In this document: positions 18,118 through 27,074 of the stretch, in pieces
How the letters are laid out: the number at the start of each line of letters is the position of its first letter
Numbering within the stretch: position 1 is the stretch's first letter
DNA from: an uncultured virus (IMG/VR IMGVR_UViG_2061766007_000262)
Taxonomy: Duplodnaviria; Heunggongvirae; Uroviricota; Caudoviricetes
Virus record (IMG/VR): IMGVR_UViG_2061766007_000262
Direction: 5' to 3' (one strand)
Length of the DNA: 47,505 nt
Made by a program: the position numbers and the translations under genes
The notes under the pieces: generated by a model
Database searches by the model: none
The model's input: the letters and a program-made list of their open reading frames with translations, nothing else
What the model was told of the DNA's origin: nothing

Positions 18118-18474
18118 TTAGTTCTGTGCTATTTTGTCTTTTTCTCTACTATTAACAAGTTTAGATAATGATACACAACCCTCTATTGCTTCGCTAATTT
18201 GTTCTTCTGTATATGGAATACCAGCACCCATACACCACTCTTTGATTAGTGTTGTTGCGTATGCTTTCTTTTCTGCACCAGAGAAACCTGAAAATTGCTC
18301 TGCTAATTTTACTGCTTGTTGTCCGTAGTTTACAATAGATAAACCAGCTTCTGCTATCTTTTTTGCTTTTGCATTTTTAGAGCGTGATAGTAAAGCAAAG
18401 AATAAACCTATAAGAGTTAGCACTAATGAAATAGCACCACAAATAATCTCTACAACGTTCCAGTCAATATTCAT
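18118..18474 (-). CDS. Holin, LL-H-like
   Basis: N-terminal TM, AVKLAEQ...GAEKKAYA...IEGCV. Confidence 0.7.
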   Translation of the reverse strand: MNIDWNVVEIICGAISLVLTLIGLFFALLSRSKNAKAKKIAEAGLSIVNYGQQAVKLAEQFSGFSGAEKKAYATTLIKEWCMGAGIPYTEEQISEAIEGCVSLSKLVNSREKDKIAQN

Positions 18475-18498
18475 AGTTAAACCCCCTTTTTAAGAATC

Positions 18499-18741
18499 TT
18501 ACCCCTCTATTGCTTCATTTGATTCTAATTCTTCAAAAGACGCTTTAATCTCTTTAAGTTTTGAGATTTCTTCTTCATACTTTGGCTTATTAACTTTTAA
18601 TTCTTCAAGCACTTTTTCTCTTGCTTCTAATTCTTTCTTAATTTCATCAATTTCTTTTTCGCATAATTCAATTTTTTCTATTTCCTTATTGCGTAATTCA
18701 ATTTGAGTATTAAGAAAATCAACCTTTTCTAAATTAGTCAT
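18499..18741 (-). CDS. Coiled-coil protein in the lysis position
   Basis: 80 aa, heptad-rich. Confidence 0.7.
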   Translation of the reverse strand: MTNLEKVDFLNTQIELRNKEIEKIELCEKEIDEIKKELEAREKVLEELKVNKPKYEEEISKLKEIKASFEELESNEAIEG

Positions 18742-18760
18742 TGTTTTACCCCCTTTTTAA

Positions 18761-19312
18761 TTATTCTAATGTATAACCATTTTTAATTAACCAAGCTGTT
18801 ATAATTGGTATTCCAACAAATATCAAAGCCCACATTAGAATCGCAACAATAATTACTAACCAACTATGTTTAATAAATGCTTTGATTCCTTTTGCAAATC
18901 TATTAATTGGGGCTATGGTAACAAATGCAACAATGTAATAAACAATAAACCAAACATTATCGCCAAAACGCATTAATTTAACTTTCCAAGTTGCGACATC
19001 TTTATCTATACCGAAGATTTCACACGCTTCCTTATTAGCGTTATAAGTTGCTTTTTGGTTTCTTTCTTTTTCTACTTGATCTAATGTGTCAAGTTCTGTA
19101 TCTATTGAACGTTTGGCTTTATCTAATATTTGTTGTTGCACCTCTTTATCATTTTTAACAATATCAATAGTCGCTTGTTCGTGAACTTTATTGATTATTT
19201 CTTTGGTTTTATTAGGGCTTTCTTCTTCCTTTTTTTCTATCTCTTTCTTTTCATCATAAAAGTTAATATTTAACTCACTTGTAATATCATCAATAGGTTT
19301 TATTTCGTCCAT
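18761..19312 (-). CDS. Membrane protein (soluble helical N-terminus, two C-terminal TM)
   Basis: 183 aa hydropathy pattern. Confidence 0.75.
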   Translation of the reverse strand: MDEIKPIDDITSELNINFYDEKKEIEKKEEESPNKTKEIINKVHEQATIDIVKNDKEVQQQILDKAKRSIDTELDTLDQVEKERNQKATYNANKEACEIFGIDKDVATWKVKLMRFGDNVWFIVYYIVAFVTIAPINRFAKGIKAFIKHSWLVIIVAILMWALIFVGIPIITAWLIKNGYTLE

Positions 19313-19313
19313 A

Positions 19314-19613
19314 CTAAACCTCGCTTTCTAATTGATTAATTTCATCTCTATAACTTTGCCTTAATTGTTTTATTGGCTCATAGTCTTGTGCTGAAATTAA
19401 ACCCTCTGCATATTTAATGGCTTTGTAATCACTTTGAGATAATAATTTTTTTAACTCATTGATTCTTACTTTTTTTGCTATTCTTTGCTTGTTAGCAAGT
19501 TTTAATTGATTATATTCGTTTTCAGTAATTTGTGTCATACCTACAATGCTTTCTTCTTCGCTTTTGGTTATATAATTATTTGTTAAAGATTTATAATAAA
19601 ACATTAATGCCAC
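19314..19613 (-). CDS. Tail-fibre-associated chaperone-like protein
   Basis: ELKKLLSQSDYKAIK...RQSYRDEINQLE, immediately after the fibre gene. Confidence 0.6.
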   Translation of the reverse strand: MALMFYYKSLTNNYITKSEEESIVGMTQITENEYNQLKLANKQRIAKKVRINELKKLLSQSDYKAIKYAEGLISAQDYEPIKQLRQSYRDEINQLESEV

Positions 19614-21739
19614 TCTCCTATATAATCAACACTCAAAAAGCCATAACCAACTTGCGTTGTAATTTGCCAAGTGTCTAATGAATCATACGAATTGCTTATT
19701 GCTTCAAAATTATAATTTCCTGAATAATCAAGCCAAAACAAACTTATCGGGTCTAAATCACTAACTATTATTTCAGCATATATAATATTTGAAACAACAG
19801 TATCGCCGTTACACTCTAAATTAAAGTCCCAATATGAAGATACACCCTGCATACTTGCAATAACTACTTTGCCTGACCCCTCTTTGAAATTATATGGGTC
19901 ATCTAATGTTAAAGTTACTTTTTCGTGTATTCCGCCAACATCACTCTTATATGCTAATTCGTGGTTACTTGTGTCATAGAACACTGGTTTTTTTGATGAA
20001 TTAACACCAAAATAACCTAATACTGTATTACTACTATTTTTGAACTCAATATAACCTGCATTACCATTAGATTTAATAGATACTGGCGTAGAGCCATTGG
20101 TTGTAAATGTCTTTGTTCCATAAAATGTTTGTGCTGATGTTGATACAACACCACTTTGTGATGAGCTATTAGCATAAGGAACATATAAAGCACAAGTATT
20201 GGCTACACCACTTGATGTAGATATTTGTAAACCACTTGAATAACTACGACTTGGGTAATAGTTAGTATCAGTAAATGTTGGAGTAAATGTTATAGTTGTA
20301 TTATCTTGTTTAGTTAGTGTTAATGTGTTACCACTTGCACTTGCACTCTTTAAGTAAGTGCTTGGTATGTCATCAGTTAATGCTAATATTCCACTTGCGT
20401 CTGGGAAAGTATAAGTATGATTTTTACTCATAACTGAACTACTGCTTTCTAATGTTGCTTTCCACCCATCAACACCCAAATTGATAGAGCCAGATGTAAA
20501 TGTTTGACTTACAGAGAAACTATTATCAACATTTGTCTTGGCGACATTAGTTATTGCACCACTACTACCATTAACACTACTTACATAAGATGTATTGCTT
20601 GGTAACGCTGAAACATCACTCGCAGATAGTGTAATATCGCTACTTAACGCTTTACCATTAATTGTTCTTGATGTTGGAACATAACTTGATAATGAACTAT
20701 TAGTAATAAAACCACTATCATTTGTTAGATCACTTGTCTTTGTTGGAATTGTTGGTTTATTAGATAAATTGTTGTAGTTAAGGTAATAACTTGCTTCTTG
20801 TCCGTTTAGCTTTGATGAATCACTCGCTTTTGCAGATATACCTAAATATTTACTTGATAAGTTAGTCCCACCCTCTTGTAGTGTTGTTGCATTTAATGTA
20901 TTCATAGCGGTTACTTTACCACTACCATTATAAGTAAATGGGCTTAAAGCATTTCCGCCATAGTTACTTAATATCATTAAACGTCTTAATGAGGCAGTAT
21001 TGTTTGTATTAGTCCAAGATCCTAATTCAACTGTAATTCTATACAATGTATGTCCTGTATGTAATGCACTACTTGGAACGCATAACGCATTTTTATTCAT
21101 ACAGTTGTTAGGGAAATTAGCAGTAACTTTTGTCGTCCAACTATCATTTGCACTTGCTCTTGTTTCAATGGTTACAACTATATAAGCATTTGTGCTACCT
21201 ACTTTGCTTATTGTTCCAGCGTCATACCAAGACCCCTCTAAACATAGCATTGTTGTTGTCGGCCAGCCAGAACTTGCTGTAATTGTAAATCTAAACTTTC
21301 TTTGAGCGTATGGTATTGTTGTGTTCGTCCCAGCCATACCGTCAAATAGATTAGATAAATCTTTGTCCCAAGTAGTCCAAGTTGAGTTAGTGTAGTTATA
21401 ATATTCTTTATTAGCAATAGTTCCTGCCTTAAAGCGTAATGTATCTGCTAATACATTTTCGGTCATCATACGCCAATTCTTCTCGCCAGAGTATGAATCG
21501 CTATAATATTGATTATTAGTCCAATAATGATATAAGTGATTACCTGCGGAAGCTGTTGATGATGTGCTTCCTAATGCTAAATTAGATGTTCCAGCACCTA
21601 TGTTTGTTCGTGCTTGGCTTTTTTGTGCGTCTGTTAGACTTTGTGAAGCACTATATTTAACATAACTACCACTTATGTATTCTTTTATCTTGGTATCATA
21701 CTGACCTAAACCTGTTAAGTCTAAATATTTTTGTGCCAT
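19604..21739 (-). CDS. Tail fibre / receptor-binding protein 2
   Basis: 711 aa, S/T/N-rich, QARTNIGAG and PTKTSDLTNDSGF fibre repeats. Confidence 0.8.
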   Translation of the reverse strand: MAQKYLDLTGLGQYDTKIKEYISGSYVKYSASQSLTDAQKSQARTNIGAGTSNLALGSTSSTASAGNHLYHYWTNNQYYSDSYSGEKNWRMMTENVLADTLRFKAGTIANKEYYNYTNSTWTTWDKDLSNLFDGMAGTNTTIPYAQRKFRFTITASSGWPTTTMLCLEGSWYDAGTISKVGSTNAYIVVTIETRASANDSWTTKVTANFPNNCMNKNALCVPSSALHTGHTLYRITVELGSWTNTNNTASLRRLMILSNYGGNALSPFTYNGSGKVTAMNTLNATTLQEGGTNLSSKYLGISAKASDSSKLNGQEASYYLNYNNLSNKPTIPTKTSDLTNDSGFITNSSLSSYVPTSRTINGKALSSDITLSASDVSALPSNTSYVSSVNGSSGAITNVAKTNVDNSFSVSQTFTSGSINLGVDGWKATLESSSSVMSKNHTYTFPDASGILALTDDIPSTYLKSASASGNTLTLTKQDNTTITFTPTFTDTNYYPSRSYSSGLQISTSSGVANTCALYVPYANSSSQSGVVSTSAQTFYGTKTFTTNGSTPVSIKSNGNAGYIEFKNSSNTVLGYFGVNSSKKPVFYDTSNHELAYKSDVGGIHEKVTLTLDDPYNFKEGSGKVVIASMQGVSSYWDFNLECNGDTVVSNIIYAEIIVSDLDPISLFWLDYSGNYNFEAISNSYDSLDTWQITTQVGYGFLSVDYIGEWH

Positions 21740-21754
21740 AAGGCAACCCCCTTA

Positions 21755-23302
21755 CTATGAGAATAAAGCGTTAATTTCAGTTTCAGTAATTGGAATTGGG
21801 TTAAGTGAATAAACATTAGTCCAATGTGCGTTATTCCACGCTTCTGGCGTTGTTATCGCTGTATTACATTGATATATATAACCTGACATAGTTACACATT
21901 GTCCTACAACATAAGTTGATGAACTACTATAATTTGGAACTATATGACTTGTTGTTGCAAGATAACCCTGACCGTTTTGTGTTTGAGGCGTATAATATGT
22001 TCCTACACTGCTTTGTAATGGAACAATAGACAATATTGTATTACCACTTGATGTCTTAAAACTTAAATATGAATTATCTAATACAACATTACTTGTAAAT
22101 GATTTTGCACCGCTAATTGTTTGTGCTGTATTAGTAGTAACATAGTTAGTTAAATCTAATGTTTGTGTTCCTAAACTTTCCCAAGCATTATTTACATAAA
22201 TGTATTCAGTATATAAGTTACCAGTTTCTGTTTCGCTTGTTCTTAATAAATAAATTGTTGTTGTAGAAATATCTGTTGTAGGTAATGAATTAACAACCTC
22301 TATTGCAAACTTTGGAATAGTGCTAATTAAAGCGTCCACCTCTGCTTGTGTATAAGTTTCAGTTTTCTTATAGTAGTTAGTTAAGGTATTTACGCTATTT
22401 GTAATGTAACCACTATCATTTGTTAAAGCACTTGTTGTTGTTGGTATTTGGCTTGTTAATGCTAATGTGCCTGTTGCACTTGGTAAAGTGAAAGTATATG
22501 AGCCAGTTTTAATGTTAGTGCGTCCATAAGTTGTTGATTCCAAATTATAACGAAGCACTAAACCATTTGCTGTATTTAATGTTGTTGTTTTAGTAACATT
22601 TGTTGCTGAACTATCAGTAATAACTATTGATTCACTACTAACAGCATTTGATTTATTAACAGATGTAAATGTTTTTGTTGCTGTAATATTTTGTGCTGTT
22701 GCTAATGTAACATAATCGCTTAATGCACTACTTGTTATATAACCACTTGGGTTAGATGAATCATAAGGCGTATAACCAAGTGCTGTTGTAACCATTGAAC
22801 TTGTAATACCACTAATATACCCATTAGGGTTAGTTGCATTATAAGGCGTATAACCAAGTGCGGTAGTTACCATTGAACTTGTAATACCAGTTAAATATGT
22901 ATTTTCATCTATACTTGCTGTTCCATTAGTAATCTTGATTAAACCAGTTTTGTTTGTTGCAAGACCACTTACACTTGTTAATATATTGTTTAATGGTTGA
23001 TAATTTCCAAACTTTGAAGCTATCGTTGTGCTATCACTTGATGAAATAGCTATGTCCCCAGCATATAAAGTAATATTGTTTGATAATGCTTTGGTATTGA
23101 TAGTTCTTGATGTTGGAACATAAGATGTTGTATCAACACTTGCAACACCATTTGTTAATTTAATTAAACCTGTTACATTTGAAGCAAGTCCACTAATGCT
23201 TGTTAGCTTACTATTTAATGGTTGATAACCAGCACTAATATATTGCTTTATCTTGGTATCATAAGTAGTAAGTCCTGCATAATCTAAATATTTTACTGCC
23301 AT
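21755..23302 (-). CDS. Tail fibre protein 1
   Basis: 515 aa, tandem ITSSMVTTALGYTPY repeats, C-terminal carbohydrate-binding-like motif. Confidence 0.8.
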   Translation of the reverse strand: MAVKYLDYAGLTTYDTKIKQYISAGYQPLNSKLTSISGLASNVTGLIKLTNGVASVDTTSYVPTSRTINTKALSNNITLYAGDIAISSSDSTTIASKFGNYQPLNNILTSVSGLATNKTGLIKITNGTASIDENTYLTGITSSMVTTALGYTPYNATNPNGYISGITSSMVTTALGYTPYDSSNPSGYITSSALSDYVTLATAQNITATKTFTSVNKSNAVSSESIVITDSSATNVTKTTTLNTANGLVLRYNLESTTYGRTNIKTGSYTFTLPSATGTLALTSQIPTTTSALTNDSGYITNSVNTLTNYYKKTETYTQAEVDALISTIPKFAIEVVNSLPTTDISTTTIYLLRTSETETGNLYTEYIYVNNAWESLGTQTLDLTNYVTTNTAQTISGAKSFTSNVVLDNSYLSFKTSSGNTILSIVPLQSSVGTYYTPQTQNGQGYLATTSHIVPNYSSSSTYVVGQCVTMSGYIYQCNTAITTPEAWNNAHWTNVYSLNPIPITETEINALFS

Positions 23303-23316
23303 TTAATTTTTCCCCC

Positions 23317-23715
23317 TTAATTAAACAATTCCTCAACATCACTTTCTGGAATTGTTTGTATGTTGTCTAATTGATTTTGTAAGTTATTGTCGCCACCCTC
23401 TCTTTCTTGAATCTCTGTATTAATTTGGCTTTGTAAATTGTTATCAGCACTTACTCTATTGTTTGTTTCTTGTGTTAATAATTCTTGTAAATAATCATCA
23501 TTATCTTTTCTTGCTTTTGCTTCTGCTATTAATTCTAATGCACTTGCAAAGCCAGTATGTCCGCTATGCTCGTAATCAAGATTTACAAGTTTAGCGTGAT
23601 CTTTTGTTCCACCACCACCATTTCCATTATTTGAAATGTTGATCTTGGCTTTGTTGCTATCATTTTTAATACTAATTTTAGGTTTTGTGCTTCCCCTAAT
23701 TGTTATTGTTGCCAT
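23317..23715 (-). CDS. Fibre-proximal connector protein
   Basis: DHAKLVNLDY...HTGF, R..AD..LQ coiled repeats. Confidence 0.6.
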   Translation of the reverse strand: MATITIRGSTKPKISIKNDSNKAKINISNNGNGGGGTKDHAKLVNLDYEHSGHTGFASALELIAEAKARKDNDDYLQELLTQETNNRVSADNNLQSQINTEIQEREGGDNNLQNQLDNIQTIPESDVEELFN

Positions 23716-23728
23716 AAAGCACTACCCC

Positions 23729-24055
23729 CTATTCTTTATCGTAGATTCTAATTAAACCCTCGTATAAACAAGTCGCCACAGAATCATCATTGTATATTGC
23801 TGTAATGTTATAAACTGACCTAATCGCTTCAAAATCACTTGTAATTGAACTTGAAATAGTAACCTCAAAACCATAATCAGTTGTTCCGTCATCATTTACT
23901 AAATCTTGTCTTTCCATTTCAGCTTCAAGTCCTAAATCACTACAAGACCAATACATAGTTGATATATCTTCTATGTCGTCCTCGCTCATTGATACTCGTA
24001 AGGTAAAAGTATCGCCTTTGACTATTTCAAGAAAGTTGTAATCATTGTAATTCAT
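23729..24055 (-). CDS. Baseplate-upper (BppU N-like) protein
   Basis: IVKGDTFTL...Y.I...G.I beta-sandwich pattern. Confidence 0.5.
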   Translation of the reverse strand: MNYNDYNFLEIVKGDTFTLRVSMSEDDIEDISTMYWSCSDLGLEAEMERQDLVNDDGTTDYGFEVTISSSITSDFEAIRSVYNITAIYNDDSVATCLYEGLIRIYDKE

Positions 24056-24591
24056 AAAATACCTCTATAATAATTAATTCTATTTCTACAATACTCTTTC
24101 AATTCTTCTGTCGTATCTTTATCGTGTGCTATTTGAATATTCGCTCTTTGAATAAAAGATAATTCATAAGAATTATTATCTAACATATATAAACCTGTTA
24201 GAATATAATACCAACCCTTACTTTTTCTTTGGCTAATTTTTTCAATGCTTTCTAAATTACATAGATGTCTATATAAACACTCTACATACTCTTTTTTATC
24301 AGTTCCTAAAATGTCATTAGGAACGTTTATTTGTTCGCCTACAACGTATTCCATTAGATGATGTAAATAAGCCCATACACGCATTTTTTTAGTGCCTTTT
24401 TGGTAATAATGATAGTCGTATTCTCTATTATTTAATAATAGTTCTTTCATATCGTTCAAATCGCTATCATTTTCATAGACAAGCACTATATCATTATCTC
24501 TACAATTATTAACATTTAATAATTGTGATCCAGTTCTATATATGGCTTTGCAATATGGTTGTAGGTAGTTGTATAGTTCAGTTAAAGTCAT
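24052..24591 (-). CDS. Pol-beta-superfamily nucleotidyltransferase-like protein
   Basis: IYRTGS...RDNDIVLV matches hG[GS]x9-13DxD. Confidence 0.6.
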   Translation of the reverse strand: MTLTELYNYLQPYCKAIYRTGSQLLNVNNCRDNDIVLVYENDSDLNDMKELLLNNREYDYHYYQKGTKKMRVWAYLHHLMEYVVGEQINVPNDILGTDKKEYVECLYRHLCNLESIEKISQRKSKGWYYILTGLYMLDNNSYELSFIQRANIQIAHDKDTTEELKEYCRNRINYYRGIL

Positions 24592-24594
24592 ATT

Positions 24595-26679
24595 TTAGTC
24601 CTCATCTATTGATACGCCCTCGCTTACCAATAATCTTCCGTCTGTGCTTTGGAAATAAGCATATAGCGGTAAATTACCCTCGCCTATCGCACTAATTAAT
24701 TCATAATCTGCGTTTTCTGGTGTAATCTCTACATAACTGTTAGCTGGTATTGATAAACCGTCATCTATGGTTTCACTATCGTTTACATCTTTAATGTATA
24801 AGTTTACTGGTATGTTGTTTTTGTTTTCAAAAATTAAATCAAAATCAGTATAATCATAAATGTAACCTGTAAACTTTGGTGGTGTTAATATTCCTAAATA
24901 CTTTACACTATCAATTATCAAACCTTTAATATTCCCAGCAAAACCACCATTGAAAACATAATTATATTCATTAACCCAGACATAATATTCATTACCTAAT
25001 TTATCTATTACTTTGATTATTGAGAATAAACAAATGCTTGGGTCTAATCTACATTTAACACTAATTGTTCTTACTGACTCACACAATAAATCTTGAATTG
25101 TTTTAGCAACATTATTCGCTACTGTTTTTGTTGTAATCAATGGGTTATCAATTTCAATATCGTATGTGCCATTTTCATTTATTTCATAACTTAATTGATT
25201 AACATTAGTTGTAATTTTTGTTCCTACAACTTTAATGTTAATGTCAGTATTATAAGAAACATTTGAATCTCTGGTTGCTGTGAATACAATTTTATCGTTG
25301 TAATATACAATATCAGTAATATTGCTTATTTGTGATGTATCATACCTTATCAATATTTCTGTATCATCAAGCCCATAAGTATAACCGTCATAATTTATTG
25401 TTATTGTTTCAGTTGTATGTGAACTATCGCCTATTCTAATATTGCCCTCATATAAAACATCTGGGTAAACGCTTTGTGTTTTATTTACATAGAACTTAAT
25501 TACAACTGTTCTTTGTGTTGGGTTAGAAACTTGATATACAAGACTTGTTCCAAGTAAGCCCAACGGGGTTACAACAATATCAGTTAGCACCTCGCCAAAC
25601 TCTGTATTATGGTAACAAACTGCGTAAATATCATTTACATTTGTTACATAACTTGCATTTGAAATAGTATCAGTATATCGGTTGATCCCACTTGGTAATG
25701 GGGCAAAAACTTTTGATAACAAAGTAACTGGAACTAATGTTGATGATGTGCTACTTGTTTCATTTGAATAAACATTAATTGATAAGTTTCTTGGGTTTTC
25801 CAAATATTCAATACTTGGGTAATCAAGCTGAATCAACGGTTTAATTATGTATTTCCCAGTTTTGTTATTATCATAATCTATGACACTTGATGATATATCA
25901 GTAACAATAGTTCCATTACTTAAAATGAAACTTGTTTCACGAATTGCTGGACTATTTTGAACTTGCTTAAATGTGTATATTGGTAAAGCTGGTATTTTAC
26001 ACGCACCTCTATTGTTAGAACTACCCATACACGCTTGCAAAATATATTGTAATGCTTCGGCTTTTGTCATATTTAAGACTAAACCATTATTTGTATTAGC
26101 AATAAAACTATTTGTAGGGTTTTCAGCACCAATAAAACTCATTATGTAATATATTGCGTATAACAATGACCTACCAGCTTTTGTTGTTCCAGTTGTTGTA
26201 TGAGAATATTGAGTATAACCGTCTTTAATTTCGCCATTGTATTGCGAATTATTAAGTTTATACATACATATATCACTTGCATTTATCGTGATAGTTGTTC
26301 CGTCATCACTTACATTAAAACTATCTAATATCAAATTATTTACATAATACAATGTTGGAACAACTGAATAATGATAAGATATATTTATTTCTAAACCTTT
26401 TTTAAGAAAGTTTTTTATATTGCTTATTAATGCTGAATCATTAGTAAATAAATCAATAGTAAATGCGACACTTGGTAATTTAGTCATTAGAATACTACCA
26501 CTTGCACTTGCACTAATATTTTTGATTATATTATATGAGCCACTTTCAACATAATTTGTAAGTATTATATTATCTTGCGTTTCGTATTCTTGAATAATAA
26601 TTTTAACGTGAGGCGTTTCTATGAACTTGTTATTTTGTTGGTAATTAGACCATAATATTTGTTCGCTCGTTGCACTCAT
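24595..26679 (-). CDS. Tail tip / baseplate hub protein
   Basis: 694 aa after Dit; IDNPLIT...RLDPSI motif. Confidence 0.7.
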   Translation of the reverse strand: MSATSEQILWSNYQQNNKFIETPHVKIIIQEYETQDNIILTNYVESGSYNIIKNISASASGSILMTKLPSVAFTIDLFTNDSALISNIKNFLKKGLEINISYHYSVVPTLYYVNNLILDSFNVSDDGTTITINASDICMYKLNNSQYNGEIKDGYTQYSHTTTGTTKAGRSLLYAIYYIMSFIGAENPTNSFIANTNNGLVLNMTKAEALQYILQACMGSSNNRGACKIPALPIYTFKQVQNSPAIRETSFILSNGTIVTDISSSVIDYDNNKTGKYIIKPLIQLDYPSIEYLENPRNLSINVYSNETSSTSSTLVPVTLLSKVFAPLPSGINRYTDTISNASYVTNVNDIYAVCYHNTEFGEVLTDIVVTPLGLLGTSLVYQVSNPTQRTVVIKFYVNKTQSVYPDVLYEGNIRIGDSSHTTETITINYDGYTYGLDDTEILIRYDTSQISNITDIVYYNDKIVFTATRDSNVSYNTDINIKVVGTKITTNVNQLSYEINENGTYDIEIDNPLITTKTVANNVAKTIQDLLCESVRTISVKCRLDPSICLFSIIKVIDKLGNEYYVWVNEYNYVFNGGFAGNIKGLIIDSVKYLGILTPPKFTGYIYDYTDFDLIFENKNNIPVNLYIKDVNDSETIDDGLSIPANSYVEITPENADYELISAIGEGNLPLYAYFQSTDGRLLVSEGVSIDED

Positions 26680-26681
26680 AA

Positions 26682-27074
26682 CTATACCTCAACAAGCGAC
26701 AACGAACACTCGGTATAGCCCTGCATATTGCCTGTAACAGTATCATACTTAAAGCCACCTGCTTTTCTATCACTTACATACATTTGTTTGGTTAAGTATG
26801 TATTTGTTGTTTGGTCTAAAAATGTAACAGTTCTAACAAAATTACCATTGTTGTTTGGACTAAATTGTTTTAACATATTAGACCAGTCTGTCGCACTTAA
26901 ATATCGCCAACTCATTTCAATTTTTGATAATTCTTTAATAAATGTTCCTACATAGTCGCCACTTGTGTTTCTTGCACCGTCCACAAGTGTTGATGTTATG
27001 GCATTGTATGTAGAGGGTGTAGGGAAATTGTATGTTCCGTATGAATCGTTAATTTTGACTAAATTATATGCCAT
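26682..27074 (-). CDS. Distal tail protein
   Basis: PTPS.Y...ARN..G...W..L...MYVSDR...SLVEV, following the TMP. Confidence 0.7.
   Translation of the reverse strand: MAYNLVKINDSYGTYNFPTPSTYNAITSTLVDGARNTSGDYVGTFIKELSKIEMSWRYLSATDWSNMLKQFSPNNNGNFVRTVTFLDQTTNTYLTKQMYVSDRKAGGFKYDTVTGNMQGYTECSLSLVEV

Noticed and set aside
19604..23302. DGR or invertible fibre cassette
   Set aside because: No reverse transcriptase, no TR/VR pair with adenine-specific differences, and both fibres are co-oriented with no flanking inverted repeats seen.
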